Positions 18,907 to 27,884 of a stretch of 42,681 bases of DNA are shown piece by piece (the stretch's first letter is position 1; each line of letters opens with the position of its first letter). The stretch covers positions 1 to 42,681 of the forward strand of contig JBBIPQ010000003.1 of assembly GCA_037442785.1 (NCBI GenBank), read 5' to 3'. The stretch comes from Nitrospirota bacterium. GTDB lineage: Bacteria > Nitrospirota > Thermodesulfovibrionia > Thermodesulfovibrionales > UBA9159. The position numbers were made by a program, and so were the translations under genes. The notes below the pieces were generated by a model. The model saw only the letters and a list, made by a program, of their open reading frames with translations. It was not told the origin of the DNA and ran no database searches.

Positions 18907-19994
18907 GAAACCCTCTTCTTAAGAGGGATCCTGATTTCGATCCTTGATCCTTCCCCTGATTTTCCACTTATGTGCATGTCTCCACCAAGAAAGTGAACCC
19001 TCTCCCTCATTCCTATAAGCCCAAAGGACCGAGGATTTTTAATGTGATCCTCTGTTATCCCTTTTCCGTTGTCTTTAATCTGTAGGTGGAGGTTATCCCT
19101 GTCCTCGTAGATACCTATAAAAACCTCTGTAGCAGAGGCGTGACGTGCTATATTTGTCAGGCTTTCCTGAAGGACCCTGAATATTGCTATGGAAGATTCC
19201 TTGTCAATATCAATGTCTTCCTGATCAATACGGAGATGGCATCTTATACCGCACCTGTTTTCAAATTCCCTCACCTGCCACTCAATAGCTGCTATAAGCC
19301 CAAGGTCATCCAGTATTCCAGGTCTGAGTTCTGTGCTTATCCTCTTTATCGCATGTATTGTCGAGTCAATGATCCTGAAGATGGATCTGGCCTTTTCAGA
19401 GACTGAGCAGTGGTCATTGTATTTTTTGAATAGATAAGATATATCCATCTTTATAGCAGTAAGGGCCTGACCGAGTTCATCGTGTATCTCCCTTGCTATC
19501 TTTGCCCTTTCCTCTTCTCTGACCTGCTGGAGGTAAGCAGAAAGATTCCTCAGCTCATCGTGTGACTTTCTGAGTTCCTCCTCCGACCTTTTTCTTTCTG
19601 TTATATCCCTTGCAATATGTACAACCTGAATGACCTTTCCCTTTCTGTCCTTAATAGGTGAGGCAGAGACCTCAACATAAAACCTGGAGCCATCGCCCTT
19701 GTAATGAATATGTTCAACAACAGTATGTTTTCCTGTTTCCTTTGCATCGTTAATGGGGCAGAGGTCATATGGTGGAAGGCATGGATGAGCAATTCTGTGG
19801 GTCACCTCATAGCAGGGTTTTCCAATGACATCCTTTTCCTGACGGCCAAGATCTTCCAGAAACCTTCTATTGACTGCGATTATGGAGTAATCCCTGGCAT
19901 CTATAATCGATATGGCTTCGTCAATGCTGTTTATAACGGTTTCAAGAAAGTCCTTCGTCAGTATCCTATCTTTAAATTCCCTGAATCTTTCCAT
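18903..19994 (-). CDS. Cytoplasmic PAS-domain sensor histidine kinase (HisKA_3/NarX-type)
   Basis: N-terminal PAS domain (ending ARDITERK), HisKA_3 H-box EIHDELGQALTAIKM, and HATPase_c motifs (NIARHA, DNGKGI, FGLIGMRER). Overlaps the cognate regulator by 4 nt. Confidence 0.9.
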   Translation of the reverse strand: MERFREFKDRILTKDFLETVINSIDEAISIIDARDYSIIAVNRRFLEDLGRQEKDVIGKPCYEVTHRIAHPCLPPYDLCPINDAKETGKHTVVEHIHYKGDGSRFYVEVSASPIKDRKGKVIQVVHIARDITERKRSEEELRKSHDELRNLSAYLQQVREEERAKIAREIHDELGQALTAIKMDISYLFKKYNDHCSVSEKARSIFRIIDSTIHAIKRISTELRPGILDDLGLIAAIEWQVREFENRCGIRCHLRIDQEDIDIDKESSIAIFRVLQESLTNIARHASATEVFIGIYEDRDNLHLQIKDNGKGITEDHIKNPRSFGLIGMRERVHFLGGDMHISGKSGEGSRIEIRIPLKKRVS

Positions 19995-20068
19995 TGATTA
20001 AATAATAAATCTCTATTATTACTATATTAATAATCTTTTCATTGGAAAGGCAACTTGAATCCAATGAT

Positions 20069-21439
20069 TTAGATTTCCTGATGACCATCATTGATAAGTA
20101 ATGCCTTTAATCCCCTGACAGCCCTTTCTGGTGAGGGATATACAGGTATTCTGTGTCTCTCCAGGGCTGTTGTAATCCTCCTGGTTATCCTGCTTGAGGC
20201 TATATAGGCGACAACAGGTTTTCCTATTTGCTCTTTAATTCTTCCTATTTTTTTACCGAGTTCTTCTGTTATTCCGAGGACATTTGGGAGGGCAATAATG
20301 AGAAAGGCGTCAAAATCGTCCTTGAGCAGTTCCAGAGCAGTAACATAATCTTCATCCCTTACCTGGGCAGTAAGGTCAAGGGGATTATTGATCCCATAAT
20401 AATCAGGGAAGATGCCCTTAACTGTCTCCCTTGTCTTCTCTGGTAATTGAGGGAGTTCAATCCCCTGTCTCACACATTCGTCAGCTGCGAGTACCCCTGA
20501 ACCACCACCATTTGTGATTATACATGTCCTGTGTCCCTTTACAGGCCTCTGAAAGGAAAGTGCCTTTGCTGCATCCATTAGCTCGTCAAAATCTGAGACC
20601 TCTTTGATTCTAAACTGTCTCATGATGGAATGGAATACCTCATAACGACCAGCAAGCCTTCCAGTATGGGAGAAGGCAGCAGCCTGACCACTGGGCCCCT
20701 TGCCAGCCTTCAATACGAGTAGAGACTTCTTTTTTGATAATTCCTCTGCCTTTTTGACAAATAGCCTTCCATCAGTAAGACCCTCTATGTATGCTATAAC
20801 CACATCTGTTCTATTATCATCGATAAGGTAATCCAGGAGATCAACCTCATTGATGTCAACAGCATTTCCATATCCAACAGCAATCGATAGCCCTCTATTT
20901 AATGAAGAGACCTCTCCAATGAGGCAACTAAGGATCGCTCCGCTCTGGGAGATGACAGCGATATTACCCCTTCCTGGCCTTTTAAGCCTTTCCCTTGAAA
21001 GGAAAAAAATATCAAGGCCTATGTAAGGATTCATTACACCCATGCAGTTTGGACCAAGGATACGAATCTTATATTCCCTTCCAAAACTTCTTACCCTTTC
21101 TTGTAGCTCCAGATTACCCACCTCTGCAAAGCCAGCGCTCTCAATTACCACAGAGGATGTCTTTTCACCAAGGTCTTTTATTATCTCTGGAACCTCATCA
21201 GCCGGCCTGATGATTATGGAAAGATCAACAGGTTCCGGGATCTCCCTGACAGAGGGATATGATCTTAGCCCCATGAGTTCTTCATATCTCGGGTTTACAG
21301 GATATACCCTTCCCTTGAAATCAAGGAGATTCCTAAGGATTACACCTCCAAGTTTTTCCTCACTGTGGGAGGCCCCTATTAAGGCAACACTTCGAGGATT
21401 GAATAAACTATCGAGGCTCATAATAAGATTATATAACAT
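20069..21439 (-). CDS. ADP-forming acetyl-CoA synthetase family protein, alpha-type (CoA-binding plus succinyl-CoA-synthetase-like domains), lacking the ATP-grasp part
   Basis: LFNPRSVALIGAS, ILGPNCMGVMNP, VSQSGA and FSHTGRLAG (phospho-histidine loop context) are typical of NDP-forming acyl-CoA synthetases. At 456 aa it has no ATP-grasp domain. Confidence 0.8.
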   Translation of the reverse strand: MLYNLIMSLDSLFNPRSVALIGASHSEEKLGGVILRNLLDFKGRVYPVNPRYEELMGLRSYPSVREIPEPVDLSIIIRPADEVPEIIKDLGEKTSSVVIESAGFAEVGNLELQERVRSFGREYKIRILGPNCMGVMNPYIGLDIFFLSRERLKRPGRGNIAVISQSGAILSCLIGEVSSLNRGLSIAVGYGNAVDINEVDLLDYLIDDNRTDVVIAYIEGLTDGRLFVKKAEELSKKKSLLVLKAGKGPSGQAAAFSHTGRLAGRYEVFHSIMRQFRIKEVSDFDELMDAAKALSFQRPVKGHRTCIITNGGGSGVLAADECVRQGIELPQLPEKTRETVKGIFPDYYGINNPLDLTAQVRDEDYVTALELLKDDFDAFLIIALPNVLGITEELGKKIGRIKEQIGKPVVAYIASSRITRRITTALERHRIPVYPSPERAVRGLKALLINDGHQEI

Positions 21440-21486
21440 GGTATAATATTGTGCGATTATGAAAAATAGAGATTAATGAGGAGGTT

Positions 21487-24033
21487 ATGGAGGAGAGATA
21501 TATTCCAGGAAAGGTAGAGGAAAAATGGCAGAGATACTGGGCTGAAAGGGATCTATTCAAAACTGATATGGATCCTGAAAGGAAGAAGTTTTACTGCCTC
21601 GAGATGTTTCCCTATCCGTCAGGAAAGATACATATGGGACATGTGAGGAATTATGCCATAGGCGATGTTATAGCGAGATATAAAAGGATGCATGGCTATA
21701 ATGTTCTTCATCCGATGGGATGGGATGCCTTTGGACTGCCTGCTGAGAACGCAGCGATCAAAGAGGGCATACATCCAGCCAGATGGACCTATGAGAATAT
21801 CGACTATATGAAAAACCAGCTTAAGAAGATGGGACTGAGTTATGAATGGAGCAGAGAGGTCACAACCTGTGACCCTGAATACTATAAGTGGAATCAGTGG
21901 TTTTTTCTCAAGATGTATGAAAGAGGGCTCGCTTACAAAAAGGTCTCCTTTGTGAACTGGTGTCCCTCTTGCTTAACCGTCCTTGCCAATGAACAGGTGA
22001 TAGATGGCAGATGCTGGAGGTGTGACTCTGCAGTTATACAAAAGGAACTGGAGCAGTGGTTCTTCCGAATAACTGAGTATGCCCAAGAACTCTTAGAGGG
22101 CTGTGACAGATTAAAGGGATGGCCTGAAAATGTGGTAGCGATGCAGAAGAACTGGATAGGCAGAAGCGAGGGGGTTGAGATGGACTTTCCCGTTGATGGA
22201 TTTAGTGAAGGCATAAGGATATTCACAACACGGCCTGATACTCTCTGGGGTGCTACCTTTGTATGCCTTGCACCGGGACATCCCCTTTCTGAGAGACTTG
22301 TGACCGATAGATCAAGGCTGGATGAGGTTAAAAAGAAATATGGGAAGATGGAGGAAAAAGAGGGTTTATTTACTGGCCATTGCGCAATTAATCCCATGAA
22401 TAACGAGAGGATACCCATTTACATAGCCAACTTTGTTCTTATGGAATATGGCACCGGGGCTATCATGTCTGTACCAGCCCATGATCAGAGGGACTTTGAC
22501 TTTGCAAAGAAATACGGTCTTCCAATAAAGGTCGTGATAGTGCCTGAAGGTAGTGTGGAGTTGCCTTCCGAGCTAAATGCGGCCTATGAAGATGAAGGCA
22601 TCCTGGTCAATTCAGGACACTTCAGCGGGCTAAGGAGTGATGAGGCAAGAAAAAAGATAGGAGAATACATAGAAGAAAGGGGCATTGGTAAGAGGGTTAT
22701 AAACTATAAACTTCGCGATTGGGGCATATCCAGGCAGAGATACTGGGGAACGCCGATACCTGTAGTGTATTGTGGAGACTGCGGGATCGTCCCTGTAAAT
22801 GAAGAGGACCTTCCTGTAATACTTCCTGAAGATGTGAGTTTCACTGGTAAGGGAGGCTCTCCCCTCCTTGATTCAGAAGAATTTCTGAAAGTACCCTGTC
22901 CGAGGTGCGGAAAGATAGGGAAAAGAGAGACAGATACGATGGATACCTTTGTGGATTCATCCTGGTACTTTATTCGTTACTGTTCAAGGAAGGATGAGGA
23001 TGCTCTTGACAGAGAGAAGATCTCTTACTGGATGCCTGTTGAACAGTACATAGGGGGAGTGGAGCATGCGGTATTGCACCTCCTTTATTCAAGATTCTTT
23101 ACGAGGGTCCTGAGGGACCTCGGTATCGTGGAATTTGATGAGCCCTTTACAAACCTCCTGACCCAGGGCATGGTATGCAAGGAAACCCTCCGGTGCCCTG
23201 AACATGGCTGGCTTTTTCCTGAGGATGTCCATGACGAAAGGTGTAAGAGATGCGGTAGCCCTGTGATCAGGGGAAGGGTAGAGAAGATGTCAAAGTCAAA
23301 GAGGAATGTGGTTGACCCTGACCGAATGATAGAGAGATACGGCGCTGACACGGTAAGGCTTTTTTCTCTCTTTGCAGCCCCTCCTGAAAAGGACCTGGAA
23401 TGGTCGGATAAAGGGGTAGAGGGCGCCTACAGGTTTTTAAACAGGCTATGGTCGATTGTTTATAAGAATAGGGATCTGATTTCTGGATTGGTGGATGAGA
23501 AATCTTTTGACTTATCTAAAATATCAGCCCAGGCGTCTTCACTGTTGAGGAAGACACACCAGACAATAAAAAGGGTCACCACAGACATAGAGAGGGAGTT
23601 CCATTTTAATACAGCCATTGCTGCACTGATGGAGCTTGTTAATGAAATCTCAGGTTTCGAGAAGGGAAATAATGATGAAGACCTCCATGTGCTGAGATAT
23701 TCTATTGTGACGACTTTACTTTTACTTTCACCATTCTGCCCGCATATAACAGAGGAATTATGGGAGGCCCTTGGCTGTAAGCCGAGTATCCTTGAGCAGA
23801 GATGGCCTGAATGGGATGAGACGATAGCAGCAGAGGAGGAACTGGAACTGGTTATTCAGGTCAATGGCAAGGTAAGGTCAAAGGTTATGATACCTGCTGG
23901 TCTCAGTGATGAAAGGATAAAAGGGATTGTCCTTGATGATCAGAGGACAAGGAAATTTATTGAGGGTAAGACAATAAAGAATATCTTTGTTGTTAAGGGT
24001 AAACTTGTTAATATAGTGGTTGATGGTTATTAG
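21487..24033 (+). CDS. leuS: Leucine--tRNA ligase
   Basis: 848 aa with the HIGH-type motif [20 protein letters not shown] ([10 protein letters not shown]) and full-length LeuS similarity. GAGGAGG RBS at 21478-21484. Confidence 0.97.
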   Translation: MEERYIPGKVEEKWQRYWAERDLFKTDMDPERKKFYCLEMFPYPSGKIHMGHVRNYAIGDVIARYKRMHGYNVLHPMGWDAFGLPAENAAIKEGIHPARWTYENIDYMKNQLKKMGLSYEWSREVTTCDPEYYKWNQWFFLKMYERGLAYKKVSFVNWCPSCLTVLANEQVIDGRCWRCDSAVIQKELEQWFFRITEYAQELLEGCDRLKGWPENVVAMQKNWIGRSEGVEMDFPVDGFSEGIRIFTTRPDTLWGATFVCLAPGHPLSERLVTDRSRLDEVKKKYGKMEEKEGLFTGHCAINPMNNERIPIYIANFVLMEYGTGAIMSVPAHDQRDFDFAKKYGLPIKVVIVPEGSVELPSELNAAYEDEGILVNSGHFSGLRSDEARKKIGEYIEERGIGKRVINYKLRDWGISRQRYWGTPIPVVYCGDCGIVPVNEEDLPVILPEDVSFTGKGGSPLLDSEEFLKVPCPRCGKIGKRETDTMDTFVDSSWYFIRYCSRKDEDALDREKISYWMPVEQYIGGVEHAVLHLLYSRFFTRVLRDLGIVEFDEPFTNLLTQGMVCKETLRCPEHGWLFPEDVHDERCKRCGSPVIRGRVEKMSKSKRNVVDPDRMIERYGADTVRLFSLFAAPPEKDLEWSDKGVEGAYRFLNRLWSIVYKNRDLISGLVDEKSFDLSKISAQASSLLRKTHQTIKRVTTDIEREFHFNTAIAALMELVNEISGFEKGNNDEDLHVLRYSIVTTLLLLSPFCPHITEELWEALGCKPSILEQRWPEWDETIAAEEELELVIQVNGKVRSKVMIPAGLSDERIKGIVLDDQRTRKFIEGKTIKNIFVVKGKLVNIVVDGY

Positions 24034-24616
24034 TAGAGCAGTAGAGCAGCGGCGCAGGAGTGCAGCAGCTATATTATGGAATAAATTTTTCCCCTTATTA
24101 AATACTACTACTCCATTGCTGCACGGCGCTACAGCTATAATTTGCCTCTTAGTTGCAAGTTGCGGGTATACTGTTCAGGGCTGGTCAGTGTCAGCAAGTC
24201 AGGGAGCCTTGCTGGAAGTCCGTTCGATCTCTATTGACCAGATAATTAATAGGACCTACGAGCCGGGGATTGATGACAGGATGCGGGACATCCTTACCCA
24301 GGAACTGATAAAGAGGGGTTTTAAGGTGGATCGATCCTCTGGTTATAAGATTTATGGCAGTATCAATACCTTTGAATTGAGAACCCTATCTGAAAAGGTC
24401 GGAGTTGCTGTTGAATATGAGGTTGTTGTTAGCGGTGACTTTAAACTAAGGTCACCATCAGGGATGGTCAGGGATCTCAGATCAGGAGGTCCCTTTATTG
24501 TTTCTTTTTTGAGCGCTGACAGGCTACAGGATGTGATGGCCTTGAGGGAAAAGGCAATAGAGAAGGCATTGAGAGATCTTTCCCAGGAGTTAATAATATC
24601 TATCCATGAGCCTTAA
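24020..24616 (+). CDS. lptE: LPS-assembly lipoprotein LptE (RlpB-like)
   Basis: Lipobox LLVASCG followed by CGYTVQG, resembling the LptE N-terminus. Sits in the conserved leuS-lptE-holA order. The start is uncertain: the ATG at 24020 gives a 47-aa pre-cysteine leader running through the octamer array, and an in-frame TTG at 24113 gives a 16-aa one. Confidence 0.7.
   Translation: MMVISRAVEQRRRSAAAILWNKFFPLLNTTTPLLHGATAIICLLVASCGYTVQGWSVSASQGALLEVRSISIDQIINRTYEPGIDDRMRDILTQELIKRGFKVDRSSGYKIYGSINTFELRTLSEKVGVAVEYEVVVSGDFKLRSPSGMVRDLRSGGPFIVSFLSADRLQDVMALREKAIEKALRDLSQELIISIHEP
24034..24065 (+). repeat. Degenerate octamer array directly after the leuS TAG stop
   Basis: TAGAGCAG TAGAGCAG CGGCGCAG GAGTGCAG. 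The first 15 nt are identical to the start of the array at the GH57/L,D-transpeptidase junction (minus strand 8281-8267). Confidence 0.75.
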
Positions 24617-25478
24617 TCATTACTTAGCTGAGATAAAGAAGGGTCTGAGATCCCCTGTATATATCCTTCACGGAGACAGCCACTTTCTATTAAAAGAGGC
24701 AATCTTTAATACATACAGTATCGTCCCCGAGGGCAACCGAGAGTTTGCTCTTGAGATCTTAGATATGGAAGATGGTGATAGCCCCCCGATGGATAATATC
24801 GTGGACATACTCAACACAATGCCCTTTACTGGTGGAAGGAGGTTTGTGTTCATTGAAAATGCCCAGTCTATTAAGAAGAAGGAGTTAAAAGTTATCAGTG
24901 ACTATGTTTCGAACCCATCCCCTTATTCTGTCCTGATCATGCTTTATCTCGGGAAGAAGATTGACCTCAATATGCAATCCCAAAAGGTAAAGATCATATC
25001 TGTTGATATTCGGCCTCAGGATATGCCTTCCTGGATAAAGGAAAAGGGGTTAAAGAAAGGCATCGACCTGACAGATGGCGCTATCGATTACCTGATGGGT
25101 ATCACAGGCCAGGATATTGGTCTCATATCATCAGAACTTGAGAAGATAGCCCTTTTAGGTAAGAGACAGATAGATTCAATGGATATATCCAGCATCATAA
25201 AGAGCGAAGGCGATTATGACGCCTTTGACCTGATAGAGGCAATGAAGAGGAACGATAGGGAAGGGGTCTTCAGGATATTAAAGAAACTCGTTGATTCAAC
25301 CGAACCGTACAGTATCCTTGGTGCCTTGAACTGGTACTTCAGTCGTTCGAAAGAGGAAGATAAGATAGAAGACCTTGATAGGGTCTATAGCCTTCTATAT
25401 GAGGCTGATTCTGCCATTAAGGTCTCAGGTGGACGGTATCCTCTCGAGTATCTCTTTATCAGGCTGCTTCGGCCCTAA
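24606..25478 (+). CDS. holA: DNA polymerase III subunit delta
   Basis: 290 aa with an N-terminal pattern typical of HolA (PVYILHGDSHFLLKEA...) and a position downstream of lptE. Divergent and somewhat short. Confidence 0.75.
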   Translation: MSLNHYLAEIKKGLRSPVYILHGDSHFLLKEAIFNTYSIVPEGNREFALEILDMEDGDSPPMDNIVDILNTMPFTGGRRFVFIENAQSIKKKELKVISDYVSNPSPYSVLIMLYLGKKIDLNMQSQKVKIISVDIRPQDMPSWIKEKGLKKGIDLTDGAIDYLMGITGQDIGLISSELEKIALLGKRQIDSMDISSIIKSEGDYDAFDLIEAMKRNDREGVFRILKKLVDSTEPYSILGALNWYFSRSKEEDKIEDLDRVYSLLYEADSAIKVSGGRYPLEYLFIRLLRP

Positions 25479-25755
25479 GAACCTTATTGGCGATCAGGGT
25501 AAGCCTTGATATCCTTCTTGAGGCAGCATTTTTGTGGATAATGCCCTTTGAAGCGGCACGGCTTATAGTCTTTGTCGCTTCTAACAACTCTTTCTGAACC
25601 TTCTCTCTATCTTTTTCTTCAACTGCAGCGATAACCTTTTTTGTAGCTGTCTTGATCGCTGTCTTTACTGCTTTGTTCCTGAGTCTTCTCTTCTCTGCCT
25701 GTCTAACCCTTTTAAGGGCAGAAAGATTCTTCTTTGGTGCAGCCTTTCCTGGCAT
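25459..25755 (-). CDS. rpsT: 30S ribosomal protein S20
   Basis: 98 aa, basic. SALKRVRQAEKRRLRNKAVKTAIKT is typical of S20. Confidence 0.93.
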   Translation of the reverse strand: MPGKAAPKKNLSALKRVRQAEKRRLRNKAVKTAIKTATKKVIAAVEEKDREKVQKELLEATKTISRAASKGIIHKNAASRRISRLTLIANKVLRAEAA

Positions 25756-25847
25756 CTCTCCTCCTTAGGATAAAATTAGTGAAACCAGATCTTAAACTAA
25801 CATAAGTGATTGATAAAAATCAACTAATGCCTGCTTCTTTAAATATC

Positions 25848-25856
25848 TGGTATAAT
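25848..25856 (+). promoter_or_regulatory. Extended -10 promoter element (TGgTATAAT) upstream of dxs
   Basis: TG at 25848-25849 followed by a perfect TATAAT at 25851-25856, only 9 nt before the dxs ATG at 25866. No Shine-Dalgarno sequence lies between them. Confidence 0.4.
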
Positions 25857-25865
25857 TTAAATAAG

Positions 25866-27826
25866 ATGCTGATAGAAGATATAAAGTCTCCTCTGATTTA
25901 AAGAGCCTCGGGATAGAAGAACTGAAAATCCTTGCTTCTGAGTTAAGAGACCTTATCATTGAAAGGGTCTCGATTAATGGTGGCCATCTTGCATCGAATC
26001 TTGGCGTTGTTGAGCTTGCAATAGCACTTCATTATGTATTTGATTCCCCCCGTGATAAGATCCTCTGGGATGTGGGGCATCAGTCCTATCCCCATAAGCT
26101 GCTTACAGGGAGGTATAAAGAATTCCATACCCTCAGAAAATATGGCGGTATCTCTGGTTTTCCAAGGCTCAAGGAGAGTCCCCATGATGCCTTTGGCACA
26201 GGCCACAGTTCCACCTCCATATCTGCTGCAACAGGCATCATCGTGGCAAGGGACATCCTTAAAGGGATTCAAGGTTCAGGATTCAAGGTTCAAAATCCCA
26301 ATAAGGTCATAGCAGTAATCGGCGATGGTGCAATGACCGCAGGCCTTGCCTTTGAAGGACTCAACCATGCGGGGCATCTTAAGAAGGATCTCATCGTTAT
26401 ACTTAACGATAATGAGATGTCCATCTCACGGAATGTTGGCGCCCTATCATCCTATCTTAACAGGGTGCTGACGAGCACATTTTATAAGAGATTTAAGAAA
26501 GAGACAAAGGCCTTTCTTGAGAATATCCCTAAGATAGGACAGTCAGTCGCAAGGATTGCCCAGAGGGCAGAGGGCAGTATGAAGGGATTTTTCCTCCCTG
26601 GTGGCCTCTTTGAGGACCTTGGTTTCGATTATATAGGGCCCATAGATGGCCACGACATCGAACTTCTCATAGTGACCCTCAGTAGCATAAAGGATGCCCG
26701 TGAGCCAACCTTAATCCATGTAGTAACAACAAAAGGGAAGGGGTATAAATTCTCAGAGGAGGACCCCTGCGTTTACCATGGGGTAGGTCCTTTTGAGGTA
26801 TCTGAAGGTGTAAGGGCACCCCAAAGAAACGAAGATTTCACAGGGACCCCTGTACCGTGTGAAAGTGAATCAATGGGGTCAGAGATGACCTTCAGTGAGG
26901 CCTTCGGTCTTATTGTCTCGGAGATGGCTGAGAAGGATGAAAGGATTGTTGCAATCACTGCAGCCATGAGGGAGGGGACAGGGTTAAACCTTTTTGCAGA
27001 GAGGTTCCCTGATAGATTCTTTGATGTGGGGATTGCGGAGCAGCATGCGGTGACCTTCGCAGCTGGTGTTGCCCTTCAGGGGCTGAGGCCAATCGTGGCT
27101 ATTTATTCAACCTTCTTGCAGAGGGCCTATGATTCAATAATCCATGATGTCTGTCTCCAGGGTCTGCCTGTGATATTTGCAATCGACAGGGCCGGGATAG
27201 TTGGTGAGGACGGGGCAACCCATCAGGGTCTCTTTGATATTAGCTATTTGAGACATATACCGAACATCCTTATAATGTCACCAAAGGATGGAGACGAGTT
27301 GAAGGCCATGATAAGACTTGCCCTAACCCATGATGGCCCTACAGCCATCAGGTATCCCAGGGGAAAGACCCTGTATTCAGGGAAGGATATACCTGTTATG
27401 ATGGGAAAGGCAGAGGTTCTCATTGAAGGAGATGACTTGGCTATCATTGCTGCTGGTAATACCGTTTATCCATCCATGAAGGCAGCAGAGATGCTAAGGG
27501 CAGATGGAATTAATGCATCCGTGATTAATGCCCGTTCTATAAAGCCCCTTGATATGGAGTTGGTAGCCTCTGTTGCCATGAAAACAGGACGTATCGTTAC
27601 TGTCGAGGAGAATGTGCTTGCTGGTGGCTTTGGCTCATCTGTTCTCGAATCCCTTAACAGGATCGGTCTAAGGGATGTGATTGTAAGGATGATAGGTATA
27701 GATGATATCTTTGTGGAGCATGGCCATCAGGCCGTGATCAGAAAGAAGCTGGGCCTGGATGAATCGGGTATTTATGGAGTTTGTAGGTCTCTATTAGTAG
27801 GGGAGCCTCTCAAATTTGACTTATGA
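25866..27826 (+). CDS. dxs: 1-deoxy-D-xylulose-5-phosphate synthase, with an apparent 1-nt frameshift at codon ~10-11
   Basis: The ATG at 25866 gives MLIEDIKSPLI then a stop. The frame entered at 25895 gives DLKSLGIEELKILASELR...GGHLASNLGVVELAIALHYVFDSPRDKILWDVGHQSYPHKLLTGR, then IGDGAMTAG and the rest of Dxs to 27826. The ORF-track start (GTG 26072) would remove the conserved N-terminus. Confidence 0.88.
26264..26299 (+). repeat. 36-nt in-frame mini-insertion in dxs: 14-nt tandem duplication flanked by a 6-bp inverted repeat
   Basis: GGATTCAAGGTTCA occurs at 26265-26278 and again at 26279-26292. It is flanked by GGGATT (26264-26269) and AATCCC (26294-26299). The segment is exactly 12 codons (GIQGSGFKVQNP). 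Confidence 0.75.
26814..26850 (-). repeat. Palindromic repeat element, copy 4 (decayed, inverted, in-frame inside dxs)
   Basis: The reverse complement GGGGTCCCTGTGAAATCTTCGTTTCTTTGGGGTGCCC matches the copy at 110-146 at 30/37 positions with no gaps. It encodes RAPQRNEDFTGTP in the Dxs linker. Confidence 0.75.
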
Positions 27827-27884
27827 TCTCATTATATGTTAAAAAATATATCTTGATATTCGCACTATTTCTGGAGGTGGAATA

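Noticed and set aside
25943-26272. 109-aa minus-strand ORF, and the 26034-26312 plus-strand ORF, in the 'gap' before the track's dxs start
   Set aside because: The plus-strand frame of dxs encodes the highly conserved Dxs N-terminus across this interval, so these are shadow ORFs.
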